A stretch of DNA of 64,000 bases from Phallusia mammillata (taxonomy: Eukaryota): the NCBI GenBank assembly GCA_965637545.1, contig OZ281495.1:7998001-8062000 (forward strand), written 5' to 3'. Position numbers and translations under genes: made by a program. The notes beneath the pieces were generated by a model that did not search any database, was not told the DNA's origin, and saw nothing but the letters and a program-made list of their open reading frames with translations. Positions 27,001 through 40,000 of this stretch are shown here, one piece after another. How positions within the stretch are numbered: the stretch's first letter is position 1; each line of letters starts with the position of its first letter.

Positions 27001-30000
27001 TCCACTTGGTAAAGTCAATGTTGTTGTTGTTTCGAGGGAATGAAAAGCAAACCTTGTTTGCCAAAAACATCACAACGTAAACAGCTGTGCGAATGGAGAT
27101 TTTGGCTCTGTTCCTTCCAAATATTTCCCGGTAATTAATAAGAGCACGCAAACATTAATTCTTGCGCAAGTTTGTCATGATGAAGACTCTGCAGTGCACA
27201 TTTCCGTGTTTGCGTCAAGATTTGTTTTCCTACTTATTTTCGGTTTCTACAAATCTATTAGATTGAGTCACTGCCCAACTTCGTTGGGTCATGTGTGCGT
27301 TGTGGCTGTCAAACAAACCTTTTTTACATTTAATTGTTATATAGTACTTGCCTTTAGGAAAACAATGAGTAAATACATCAAACTGGGCTACTTCCGTCTT
27401 TCCACTTCCCGTTGACTACATGGCCTTAAACACTGGCGTAATTAGTCGCTAAAACACTTTCCCGGTCCTGCTTTTAACTTGACTAAATGCTTTAATACAC
27501 TATACTCACATACCACCGAAAATTTATTTCAAGATTAGTTAAATAGTAAAAAGGACAATATACACATGTGGGTCTACACACGACGAAACATATTTTGCAA
27601 GCAAACTATAAATGACTTGTAACTTTATTGTTCAGAAACGTTGCAGCACAACATGTCAACTATAGAATCTGGATTTTCAACCTTACAAGGTAAAGAAAAT
27701 TAAATTCTTGCTAATTTGGAATTCGAAAACATACGCAATATAGGCTAGTATAGAAACGATGAAAAAGGTGTCAGGGAAAAAAATTATATCTACATTCTTG
27801 CATGTCATAAAACAGCCCCAATTTTTTCCTACATATAAGAAAAACAGATTTCTTAATCATTCCAACGATTATCTCAACAGAAAACTTGTCCAGCAGGCCC
27901 ACAATAAGCCCGTCAAAAGTAGAATGTCCAATACAAAGTAAGTTCTTCTTATCATTATAAACCAAACACATTTTTTTCTAGAGCAGTGGTTCCCAACCTG
28001 GAGTTCGCGGACCCCCAAGGGGTCTCTGGAATGGTTTTATAGCAGTGGTTCCCAACCTTTTTGTAGTCACGGACCCCTTTTGTAAATTTTATTGGTTCGC
28101 AGAACCCCAACGTAATTTAGTCTTTTTTCGTTTCCTACGTAATACGTTATTATACTATTTTTTATGGGGGGCAGAATTTTAATCAACCTTCACAATCCTT
28201 TAAAGATTAAATCTCAATAAACCACTGTAATTTAGAAGTCAATGCATAAATTTTCTAGTGTACAAAGAATTCTATTGTTAATGTGTGTTGTGATGTCACA
28301 AATGGAGGTAATAATCTTAAGTTTACCTGATCCAAGGGTTTGATAAACAGTTTGCCGTTATATACCCGATTGAAAAAACGGTTTGGGAATTTAAAAATAA
28401 TGTACTGTTGTTAATGCTACTACAAATGTTTGCCTCCACGGACCCCCTGAAACTATCTCACGGACCCCTTGGGGCTCCGCGAACCCCAGGTTGGGAACTT
28501 GTTTTAGAGGGTCCGTAGACGCAAACATTCTTAGTACCATTTACCAAAAGTACAATATTTTAAAAGTTTCCAAACCGTTTTTACCATCCCGCATACCAGT
28601 ACAGACTGTTATTAAACCTTTGGATGAAGAAAACTTACTTTTTGTATGATCCTTACCCCCATTGTGACATCACAACACATATAAACAATATATCTTTTAT
28701 CGTATATTGCTTTGTTTTAAGTATTCCACACCAGAAACTGCATTTCTTTGTTGCATTGACTGCTACAATACAGAACTTTATTGATATTTAAGGACTGTGG
28801 CCGTTGATTAAATATCTGCCCCCAAAAGCGAAAATATGATGCAGGAAACGAAAAACATAACAAGACTAAATTACGTAGTGGGTCCGCAGACCTATCAAAT
28901 TTATTAAAGGGTCCGTGACTACAAAAAGGTTGGAAACCACTGTTCTACAGTACAGTGCCTACAGGCCAGTCAAAAATCCAGGCCGCTTTAAAATCAGTAG
29001 AACACTGATAATTCTAAGATTTTACTTGGCAACACTGATTTTCGAGCCACTTATAAAATGTGTCTACAGGCCAGATATGCTTAATCCGGCACTGCTGTTC
29101 TAGAGCAATGTTTTAAGAGCATATACTTTTTGAAGGTTTTTTATTCTTTGATGCACTTTCCAATTTCGCGTCAAGCACATTTCCACGCAGTTTGCCCAAT
29201 TACTACGAGTTTAATTACGACGGAAGAAACAATTACAGCATATATGATGGGGGCAATGATATGTATGACACAGGAAATAAGGTACAGTGTTTGGCCTATA
29301 TATTTTGTACTAATAGGTTACTGGATTGTAAGTTGAAACGTAGGTCAACAATGAACGATAGGAATTATTAATTTTAGTTAATTTCGCCTAAATTATAAAC
29401 ATAATTTCTTTTTTGCTAATTTAGCTTAAAGTCTGGAGAAACAACGAACCGAAAGTGCAAGTCATTTACAATTCGACTTACTAGTAAGTGCCACGGTAGT
29501 AGAACTTTTTTATAACAACATAAAATTATAACAACATAAAATTGTATGAGGTTGGTTTTGATAAAAACCGGCTTGGTTCGAACCAAATGGCTCACTGGTA
29601 ACTGTTTACAATCTAAACGGTAAATAGCATCCAAGTTAGTGACTAGGCCTACATGCGCGTCACTGGCAGCTGACGGGGCTTATGTGACACGAGTCGGTAG
29701 AGCTACTAACGTAAGAACTCACAGTAGCCAGGTTTGGAAATTTCCGATAGGTGACGCAACGGAGCATAGGCGTTTACAATGCTGACACGGCAATTATTGT
29801 CACCGTAAGCGCCTGTGATCCGTTGCGCCACCTACCAAAAAATTCCAAACCTGGCTGCTGTGAGTTTCTTTGTTAGTAGCTCTACCACACGATTTACTGA
29901 AATGGCTTAGCTTGCATCATACTTGTCACTGGCATGTGACTTGCATGACAGATGCCAGTGACAAAAGCTAACACGTTATTCGTGCCACATGAACCATTAT

Positions 30001-32439
30001 GACTTCAAGATTTTTTATTGTTTATGACTCGAATTTAGGAGGTAGAAAATGTAATTTCATCCGTTTTGTTTAGCCATCCACAAGGCCATTTTACCATGGT
30101 CTGCAAAGCGTTGCACCCATTCGTCTTATCCATGCTGGTGTTGAATCCTGATGGAAGATCCTGGCAGTATAACATCGAGGTAACAAGTCAATAATACAAC
30201 GCATACTTGTATACGTATTCCTTAAAGCAGTGTTTCTTACAGTTTCGGCCAGGTCCAAATTGGTAGCAAGAAAAATTATTGATTGATCGCCCGTTTTCGT
30301 TTAAAGTTTTTTCTATAAAAATCGAGACCAATGAAGTCCTACGTTTTGTGGAAGAGGCTTTTGGCCGAATCTGGTTTGACAATTTTCATCAAACTTTTTG
30401 AATCGGCCAAGTTAACATAATAAATGGAACTAATTAGTGGTGTACATATTGTAAGGGCACAAGAATCCACAAGACTAAAGTTTATAAACATTAATTAAAG
30501 CAGTAAATCAAAACTTGGATTTCATTTATCCTTTTTCAAAAAAATACCAAACTACAGTTTGACGCCAAACCACCCTATCACAGAATTCGTCAAATCAAAA
30601 AAACTGACAAAAGAATAAATATTTTGGCCTATGGATGCTACAAAATAAAAATATGTTAATCTAATTATTCCCAGAAAAACGTCAAAATAGTCATTTGGGG
30701 AATAATAATACCTAGTTTAAAAATCAAAGCAATAGATTTTATAGACGGTTGTTTTTTTTCCTTTTAGAAAACATACATCTTAGATAGAAAACGTCAACGA
30801 TTTTATTACAAAAATCTGAAATACCCGTTGTAGTTCTGGAATGTGTTAAAAGTCAACGTTAATCCTTCTGGGGATTTTTTACAAAAACTACATTGACAGG
30901 AAACTGGTAATCTGGGAGCAGACGGCAGCGGAAGCTACAGGTGGAATACTGGATCTTTATTTGTTCGATCATTCAACATAAAATACGTGTTGTATCAAGT
31001 ATACGGAGCAAACGATCCTTCTATCATACAGATATTCTTCACAGTGTCAAGTCCAGTAAGTAGATAAATAAAAAAATATTGCTGCTTTTGTGCTTAGAAT
31101 AGTGCAACCTTCTCTACACTGAGTTGATAGTTGTTTTATTCATGTTTTGTTCTGGTTCTTACCATACAAAATGGTCAAGTACTCGTTGTCAAATATTTAC
31201 AAATATTTACATACATTTTCCCAATGTTCATCAAATGTTTACAAGTGTAGAGTGAATACCAAATAAATTCAATTGATGCCTGCTACGATTCACTTGTTTA
31301 ATCTCCAGCTTATTTGATTGCTCGAAAATTCTTAAGCAAAATTAAACGTTTAAACATTTTCTAAATCTTAAATTCCAAAATATTCGTTAGCAACATTTGA
31401 TTGTTTAGAAACTTGGCTCGTCCGGATACAGTACTCTTCATTATGTGGATTCGCATAGAAACACAGCTCAAACCGATAACAAAGTCTACATGTCAGGGAC
31501 TGCTCACAACGTCTACTTCAACTATATCCTAACATCAACCACGTAAGAATTGTACTTAGTAACGACTTATATTCATAAACTTTCAGGGTCGACTGTACGC
31601 CAGTGCCCAAACCCAATATTTTGGGTCTATATAGGCTGTGTAGGCAGGGTTTTTTAAGGTTTGGTTTGGGTGACCGCTAAGTAGTTTTATGAGACAGCAA
31701 GTGTTTTATTTAAATACCAACAAATATCCATATTTGCTTAAACGGGAATTTTGGGAAACCGCTGGAGAAATTACAAACACCTTAAAAAAACACTGTGTGT
31801 AGGTATATTAATGAAAAGACTGGACGTACACATATTTACCAAATATGTTGGATTTATTTGCGTGTAGCTTTGCTTTGTGTTTTACAAGCAGTGTGTAATT
31901 GCGCAAACAAACAGAGCAACATTCCTTCATATGTAAACTGCCTGTTGAAAGCATCAATGTGTTTTCGCGAAGCTAATTCCCGGAAGTGACATCTAGCGAG
32001 TCGAAAACAGTGTTGCTCTAAGCCGTGTAACATGATCGGCTCTTGGAAATACCCACTGATTAATTGTTTGCAGCACACAAGCCACTGCAGAGATAAACTA
32101 TAACATTCTCAGTTGTGTAACTCGTTGACCATATTGGTTGTTCAAAGTTGTTAATTTACGCGTAACCGATCTTTAGTGTGTGCTTTTATTTGTAAAAGTA
32201 CTTAAGTTATGCGTTTGACAAATCTTTTAGCGTATGTGCTTATTGGGACCTTTAAAAACCTTTAAGTTTTTTCTTCTTGAATGGTTCAAAAAATCATTAC
32301 CCTTTAGTCATGCATGTGGGGCAAAGTTGCTTCAATTTACAAACGTCAAAAATTGTCGTTTTGCTTCAGATCATCGTCCAACTATGTTTCAACGAACACA
32401 ATTGAAGGAATTTTGCGAGAGATCTTTCAAGGATTTTGA
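15066..32439 (+). CDS. Gene B: type II membrane protein with very long coiled-coil stalk and unnamed DGGxDMYD/GNLGADG head (~880-905 aa if all intact exons are used)
   Basis: Exons 15066-15120, 15548-15708 (TM), 16350-16383 (or -16458). Stalk: 16652-16726, 17078-17152, 17338-17412, 17707-17781, 18610-18684, 18786-18860, 19063-19137, 19324-19398, 19639-19713, 19988-20062, 20647-20814, 21898-21972, 22206-22289, 23578-23631, 24289-24363, 24596-24658, 24805-24879, 25158-25232, 25580-25747, 26173-26256, 27636-27689. Head: 29136-29281, 29425-29483, 30074-30179, 30900-31055, 31409-31542, 32370-32439 (TGA). AATAAA at 32563. The damaged exons at 17515-17576 and 19511 must be skipped. Confidence 0.8.
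15848..16064. mobile_element. hAT-type MITE
   Basis: CAGTGGTCGGCAAC..GTTTCCGACCCCTT termini; perfect 8-bp TSD ggttagat (15840-15847 / 16065-16072). Confidence 0.8.
17819..18120 (-). mobile_element. Degenerate MITE, same family as 54747-55070
   Basis: Reverse-complement similarity (gggcttg/aagcccg-rich interior, cagagctgt terminus). Confidence 0.5.
20134..20324. mobile_element. Penelope-derived fold-back insertion (two inverted pLTR ends)
   Basis: Near-perfect inverted repeat 20132-20298 matching the termini of the element at 56632-58760; 13-bp TSD tgtttcaattaat; empty site in the paralogous intron near 25290. Confidence 0.85.
20168..20214 (-). ncRNA. Minimal type I hammerhead ribozyme motif (Penelope-type)
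   Basis: Minus strand reads ttaccCTGATGAa-gacgacctgtatcggacgtc-GAAACGTC-ggaat. Confidence 0.65.
23750..23946. mobile_element. Degenerate hAT-type MITE
   Basis: CAGTAGTTCTCAAA..TTTGAAAACCACTG termini. Confidence 0.55.
27984..29094. mobile_element. Nest of three hAT-type MITEs
   Basis: Outer 27984-28942 (TSD ttctagag); same-family inner copy in opposite orientation 28043-28501 (TSD ttttatag/ttttagag); third element 28948-29094 (TSD ctgttcta). Confidence 0.8.
29136..32439 (+). CDS. C-terminal head domain exons of gene B (uncharacterised domain)
   Basis: Six exons splice in frame (phases 1-0-2-0-0-2) to LPNYYEFNYDG..IYDGGNDMYDTGNK..HPFVLSM..ETGNLGADGSG..YQVYGANDPSIIQIFF..FNYILTS..TIEGILREIFQGF*. 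Confidence 0.8.
29696..29886. mobile_element. Palindromic MITE / fold-back element
   Basis: ggtagagctactaac...gttagtagctctacc with inverted complementarity over almost the whole length. Confidence 0.75.
31645..31795. mobile_element. hAT-type MITE
   Basis: CAGGGTTTTTTAAGG / CCTTAAAAAAACACTG termini; perfect 8-bp TSD tgtgtagg; its left end recurs inverted at 62190-62233. Confidence 0.8.
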
Positions 32440-32619
32440 GCATGAATGGACGCATCTGTTGGCCAAACAATCATCTCCATTTGAATTATAAGCTCGTCTC
32501 GAATCTGTAGAACTTTACAAGAAGGACTTTTTATTTATGTTTTGTGTTTAGTTTGTTCTGTAAATAAACGCATCTCATACTTTTGAGCATTTAAAGCAAA
32601 GAATTGGCCTAAATCCTTA

Positions 32620-33600
32620 AAGTTTCTTTAAAGATTCTAAATCAAGGATACAGTCTTCGTGAATGCTAGGAATCACGTACACATAAAAGCTAAGATGTTG
32701 CCGACTTAAATCGTCAGGTTATATTGTCCGTTTGTATGTAGTTCACCACCATCGCCATTAGAATACCCAACAGTACTGGAAACTCGCGACAGATTAACTT
32801 TGCGGTCGGTCAGCGTGTCCCACACGCACTTTTGAATAACAGTAACCGAAGCTCCTGTATCCACCAGGGCACACATCCAACGTTCGCCGTATTTAAAGTT
32901 TACAAACCGGTAAAATATTACCCGAATGCTGCACATTTCCACGACATGATGCTGAACTAACTAAGTACTCACAGACTTCTTAACACTCGGGGTAAAGTTG
33001 CAGATCGCTTTGTCGCACTACAAACAACCGAAATGAATTATTGTATTGTTTGTCTGCGCGGTCTCGCCCATGTATAATTCCAAACTAAATGCACTCGCGA
33101 ACCACGTGGAAAAAAATTGATATAGGTTAGACTGCCTTGTTGGTGCAGCGTGATTGTGCCCATCAGATTTCGTACATTCGTTGGCCGGATACCGCGCGTG
33201 GTGCCTTAATTACGTCTAAAGGATGACATACATTGCTAGAGATTGGCGGCAATAAACTGAAGTCTCCGGTTGCTTTTCCAACCCTAAAACTGGAAAATGC
33301 ACAAAAAGGGCACGCTGGCGAGTATGACCATATTTGCCGCGGCGATAATCTCTCGGACTTACGGTTTATCTCTGCGTCAATTGTCAAAAGCCGCGGCAAA
33401 TATGACCATAGTCACCAAACTATTAAAATCTTCATCGATCATAAAGCGAGCTGGCTTCATGCACACGTTTAAAGCCACAATAATAAAACCAATTAATTTG
33501 GTCGGCAGTTTAATGCACAATCCTGTCCAGCTGCAGTATACTGGCGTGCTCACAAATTCTTTGCGCTGTTGTTTCTGCGCCTGAGGTTCCCGGCGCTGCT
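32620..33600 (-). mobile_element. Degenerate Ty3/Gypsy gag-protease fragment
   Basis: ORF 32942-32706 contains the retropepsin motif ALVDTGASVTVI; upstream broken GxxGH zinc-knuckle-like segments. Confidence 0.65.
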
Positions 33601-34060
33601 ACAATGAAAAGCCAATGAACAGACTGCGCTAACGATTAATGTTTTCACACACACATAGGGCGGATAGGCGGTTCTGGATTTTCAAAAGTTGGTAAAAGCA
33701 ATTTATAAGGCTTACTTCAAGTTAAATATATGGGCTTAAGTTGTAATTCTAATTATACGATAAATACGAGACCAATTGGTACCTAAGGTTTGCACAAAAA
33801 AAGAAAAAAAACGTTACTCAAACGCCGACCAAACAAGTCTGCAGAAGCACAGTTGCACCGCCCTCCCGTTAAGGAGTCGTCATGGGAAAAAGCAGTTAGG
33901 AAACACTAAAACAGAATAACAAAGCTGAAACAAAGTAGAGATGATTAACATCTAATGACGAAGCCAGTGACAGAAGCAATGACAAAACAGTGCAAATGAG
34001 TAACACTATTCGTAACAAGTGTTATATTTCGAGCCACAGTCTTTACAACTGCTGAAGGCA

Positions 34061-37000
34061 ATGGATACACAGAACCGTGATCTGCGTGGAATGGAAATGG
34101 AACAAAATGCTTATGGTACGTACGATTGTTTTTGTCCAAGTCAAACTCTTGACTTGATGCGGACCTGACCTAATTGTTTTGTGTCTCTGAGACGATGCAA
34201 TATTAACCTGAATCAGATCAACTTCTGATTTGCAGGAAGTTGTTTTAAGGGCACCACTTCAGAGTAAATCCAGCCGAGCTTATGTTAATAAATATGAATG
34301 AGACAATTACAAGCCCGAATTTCAACTCTGCCGCATTTGCTACAAAAAATAAGTTTCTTTTTTTGTATTTTCGCGTTCGAGTGAAAATTTGGATTATGGT
34401 ATGTAAGTGTTCTACATTTCCGCACTTTTAAGAGCTTTTTTCTTTCTTTTTTTCAGAGCTTTTTTCAGAGTTGTCATTCTATTGACATTAGTTATCCCTA
34501 GCTACATAGCAAAAAGAAATGTACTTGCTTAATGTTGACGTCACTGTAGAAAAGGCAATTCGGTTTGCAAGCTTTCAAACCAACAGGTCACATTAATTTC
34601 TCAAGTCATTTGGAAATGCCGTGTTGTAATATTTCTACAATGTCTTCTGCTTTGCAGAAACGTTTCAAGGCACCTCCGCGGTGAAAAACAACGAAAAACT
34701 CGAAAAGATGATGATTGAAACGCAAAAAAGCGTCCAAAGCAATCGAAAACTGATGTGGTTGAGTCTAATTATTATACTCCTCATTTTTACTGCAGGATTT
34801 GTCGCTCTCCATTTCTCGGTACGACTATGCAAAGGTTGATGTGTTCAGCACATAAACGTTAAACTTAAACTCATTTTTGCACTTACCTTTATTAAAAAAA
34901 CGACCAACATTGCTATTGAGCAGCAGGACAAGAGGGATTGCAGAAATACTCCAATGCATAGACAGTAAAATACATTTGTTTCTCTTCAGGTTTCTGCAAA
35001 AGTAGAAAAAGAAACAAGAAGTGGTAAGATTGAACCATTTCATGCATATACTGTGTTGTCATTTTACATTTCTAAATTCTGTAAAAGTGGCTGTGTTTGA
35101 ATTGCGGATCCTTAAAGGTCAACTAACAAGGATAAAAATACATAGCCTAAATAATTCAAAACCCAAAGGATAAAAAACGTTGGTATTGCAAAAAGAAACT
35201 TGAACAGTGGTCAAACCACGCGAATCAGATTCACTGCAAAACTGTTTTAAATTAAAAATTAGCCTTAGTTAATTTAAAGTATTTTCAGCTTTGCAAACCA
35301 CCTTGTTGAAACAAACCAACAGCTCAACTGAAGCAATTCAATCTGCTGAGAAACGTTTAACTATGTGGAAAGGTAAGATTAAGAAAATTAAAAAGATATC
35401 CGCCAAAGTTTCAAAACTAATACAAATTATCTATTTTGAACGGGTAAAAATTTTAAACGTAAGATCACTTTACTATCAAAATCGTTACAAGCCCAGCTAT
35501 ACAATGGTCTGAAGGTTTCTTGTGCATTTTTGTGCACATAAAAGTGCAACAGAAAAACTCAACAAGTATTCTCCATGTTCATATTTCAAACGTTGAAACA
35601 TGACCGCGATGTGGTAAACTAAGTTTGATGCCACAATTAAACATGTCTCTTTCATCCAGCAATGAGTGCAAATTATTCGGGTCGTCTGAACGCAGCAAAC
35701 AACAACATCGAATCTATTCAAACAACATTAACAGCTTTGAACGGTAAAACTTTGTTACGATTGTCTCATTATCTTGGTGATATTTAAGCTCAATTCTCTA
35801 TGCAATCGTGTGAATGCATAAGTTTTTCTTGCGAACATTTTTCCAAAAGTGTATTTTATCTTTAACTTTTTTTGATCGGGTTTCGGGCTTGCACTTTCTG
35901 ATTCGGTCATATAAACAACAGATTTTTCACTGATGTACGATATAAAATATCGGTTTTTAATCCTAGTTAAACACTTGTCGTGTATCAACATTTCGCATGT
36001 TTTTTTCATCTAGCAATGAGTGCAAATTATTCGCGTCGTCTTACCGGAACAAACAACAACATCGACCATATTCAAACAACATTAACAGCTTTGAAAGGTA
36101 AAACTTTGTTACCATTGCTTCGTTTTTATGGTGGAATTATAGGCGCTGAAATACCATATGCAATCCTTGTATATCTTCCGAAACTTTATGTAAATTTTTT
36201 TCGATACGTGTAACTGCGCATTTTTAATAACTGACTTTGTGACTTCGCAAATGGCTGCAAACAAAAAGTTTCATTCACAAAAATCAAAGCAGAGCTGAAA
36301 CAATCGTGACTCCTTACAAAAAATATCAACTTTATAAACCAATTAAACTACTTATTCACGTACATTAATTTTACCCAACAATAACGACATACATAGGTTT
36401 TGTAAGGTGATTGATCCCGAAATAGCAACATGAGCCTTCGTAAGTTGATTTTTCTCAAAATAAATAATCAAAAGTTGTAGCGCATGAAAATACATTCGAA
36501 ATATTTTCTAAGTGCGGAACCAGGTAAAACGTCTGGTTTCCTTTTAGTGACACTTCAAAACATACAAAGGAGCTAAATCAGATTGTTTGTAATATTTTTG
36601 TCAACTTCGTTTAGATGCATTGCAGCACAACATGTCAAACATGGAATCGAATCATTTAAACTTACAAGGTAAAACTGAGACTCAAAATCTCATCCAGTTA
36701 TCCCTGTGTTCATTTTTGCACATCTACAAGGTTGCATTTTTAAGTATTTATTTAGTTTTTTCTCTCTTAATTTTACCCACTTTTGCCCAAAATTACCGAC
36801 TAAAATGGCGTCTCTACGGCTTGTAAAACTGTATTTTATTTAACTTTGTAAAGAACAAAAATAGTAATATCCTTCTATACTAGTGTTTTTTAAATATTGT
36901 TTTCTATTTTTTAATATAATATAATCGTGTCTACTATCACTGCGTTTCAAATCTTTACTCCACAATTTTGCATAATTTTCCATAAACTAATGATTTAACA

Positions 37001-40000
37001 CCAATAGATTTAAATTATTTGTGCATTGTCACTACAGATTACCTGAGTATAGTTTCAGCACAGATCACTTCAGGGATTCAAAGTAAGTTAATCTTAACTG
37101 TCGTATCCCTAAATAGCTTTATCGCCATCACATGTCTTCACAATATTTTGACGCTCAAAATCTTTTGTTTATGCTCTTTACACAAAGCTGGCATAGCCTA
37201 CCATTTTTGGAAATATGCACCCGGTCATCAGCAGTTCCTTACATATTTATGCTCATGGGAGAAACATCGCCTAAATACTTGTGTTGTGACGTTGTAGATA
37301 TAATAGATGCTTTGTATTTGTTTTTCAGTATTGAGACCTTTTAGTTGTGACTTTCAAAGTGGTTTGTGCAACTTCACTGATGATTTGAGCGCCGATTTTA
37401 CTTGGACAAGGCATTCTGGGTCAACGCCTTCAAGAAATACAGGTCCAAGTGCAGATCATACACTGGGAACTACTGAAGGTTGGTACTCAAGTACCTTGCA
37501 AGAAAAACAGGGGGAATTAATCAACAATGCCATTTAAAAAATGCCTCTTTATATATTAGACTTTAACCGCATAAAACACACTTAAACTTGTTATAATTTA
37601 GCAACCACAATTTGTCCATAACATGGAGTGAAATAATCCAGTTTTATATTAGCCTAATACATTGTACAAAAATCAAAGTTATGAAACCTAAAAAATGAGA
37701 TTACTAAAAAGGGGTAGTATATACATTTTTTACTAAATTCGTTTATATTTTAAATAGGTCACTACATGTACATCGAAACCACTGGTCGAAATTATCTTGA
37801 CAAAGCAAGACTTGTTTCACCAATGTTGCCACCAACCAATGGTAAAAAGTATTTTATTTATTTTTTTATTTTTTATTAAAAAAAAGTATTTATTATTAAA
37901 CTTATATGTTGCCACCAACATTTTTTGAAGTAACATATTAAAGTTATAACAAAAGCACAAATATTAGACAAATGCTTGTAGGTTCAAACGGTTAGCAAAC
38001 GTTACATATTTTACAACTATAGTAAATGAGACATCTTTTCCAGCTTTCAGTGCTTGTATCAGTGTTTTCAATCTTTTTTAATCACAGAACACTTTATGCA
38101 TTAAATTCATTCTGCGGAACACCAAACGAAATGTTATAATGATCCAATAAAATAAACAAACTCACTCTGAACTAATGTATTCTATACTTAAGCAGCGACA
38201 GGTCCACGCAATCACAATTACAAAACGAGTCAGATTATTACACAATAATTACAAGACTGAAACAAATCTAATGGAACGTTAAAATTGGAGATAGATTTTG
38301 GTTTTATAAAAGAAAAGCCATTTACGATCATTGTGTTAAATCAGTGATTTTCGACCGGTGTTCCATGAAACGCTAGTCCAAATTTTTGTTGCGGAACACC
38401 TGACGATCTTCCACGGAACAGTATTGTTTCGCGTACACCACTGGCTTGTAGCCTTAATTTATTAATTAGCTTGCTCAGAGAGACTGTAAACGTTTTTTGT
38501 GACTGTTGGGGTCATCTACCACAAAGCTTCCCAAACTGGCGTAACAAACTTGAAGGGTTGCAGAAAGCTATAACAATTTTACACAAACTACTCCATATTA
38601 TACTACTTTATTCGAAACGCAGCTGTTTAAACCGGTGCGATTTCGCAAAACGTTATTCGTGACTGATCTGTAGATTCTACGTCAATAAATAGGTTAATGA
38701 CGGTTGCTTTGCCTCTGTGGACAAGAGGCTTGTCACTGAAAACACTGAGTTCAAGTTGATCACACATAATAAATGATTGTTTTTTTTTTTTTTTTTTTAG
38801 AAGGCTACGTGTAAAGCAGTAGACTCCGAGTACCGGTTAGCTTGTTTTAAATTTTCGCTCGAAATAAGCGTTTCAATAAAACCAACAAACGTATATTTAA
38901 TCTGTTTATCATATAAACTGTAAAGGGTAGCAGAAAATGTGTCCTTAAGGAGATTTCGCGAATGAAAAAGCTTGGGAAGCCGTGATCTACCGCAATTACG
39001 CTCTGTTTAACTTTTTTAGAGTAATGTTTTCTTCACGTACTTAAGCTTGCCCAGATCCACTATTAGGTCTCATTGTGTGTTACATGAAAAACTTGAAACT
39101 TACATGACAAAAATTTCTGCTTTTTACAGGTCAATGTCTTCAGTTTTACTACCATATGTATGTAAGTATTAGAACAGTGGATTTTAACCTATCAGTCAAA
39201 GGGCCTCGGTATTATTATTATTTGTTACGCGACTATGCAAAAGATAACGAAACATTAAAATAGACAAAATGTCTAATACAGAATTGCTCGGGCGAATCAG
39301 GGGTATGGCAGGTTACCCAGTAGTGTAAGGAAATTGGAAGAACTTGCAAGTTCGGACTTTTTCGCCCTAAAGTCGTTGTAAAACATAAGATATACTTGAA
39401 AAGAGTTGTTTTGCAGTTACATCGGGTTGCTATAACAGGCCGCTGGATGAAAGGGTCCGTCAAAACAATTCAAAAAGAATATATACCTAACTCTTATCGG
39501 GGCGTCATCAATCTACTATTTAAATACATAAAATAACGACACATGTTTGTTTGAATAGGGCAGCCGCATTGGGACCTTGAATGTCTATTTAAATAAAACA
39601 ACTCTTCCGAACGACGTAATATGGCGCCTGAGCGGCAATCAAGGTAAGAAAAGAGATTGTAGTCTTTAACAAAGCAAACAAATGTGCAGCAAAGTTTACA
39701 TTTTTGTTTGGAAAATGATCGTTTCTTTCATATCCATTAAAATTCAATGTACCCGTGGTGGTTGTGATAAAAACGTATGTTTCGTTTCGTGAAAAAAAAT
39801 TATTTCTCGGTTGTGCTTATTTTAGGATCCATGTCGATGGCAACCATGCCTATATAATAGTGGTTCTTAACCTTTTCATCACGGCCGAACCCCTACGATA
39901 TTCTTCAGCCTTTGGTCGAACCCCAGCTAGTTACATGCTGTTTTTTTAACCCATTTTGTTTTGTGTACCACAATTACCTTTTGACCAAACATAGTGGCAA

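Larger units (their letters stand above)
16780..27800 (+). repeat. Three imperfect internal multi-exon duplications making up the gene B stalk (~16780-18860, ~18880-23700, ~24000-27800)
   Basis: Recurrent exon order VQHNLTAI / HNL / VQHNLSVI / LQNSL / DQMQQ / MNANY / LQHNM with homologous introns. Confidence 0.85.

Noticed and set aside
16652-27689. CRISPR-like or other prokaryotic repeat system
   Set aside because: The repeats are spliceosomal exons with homologous introns; there is no repeat-spacer array, cas gene or operon structure
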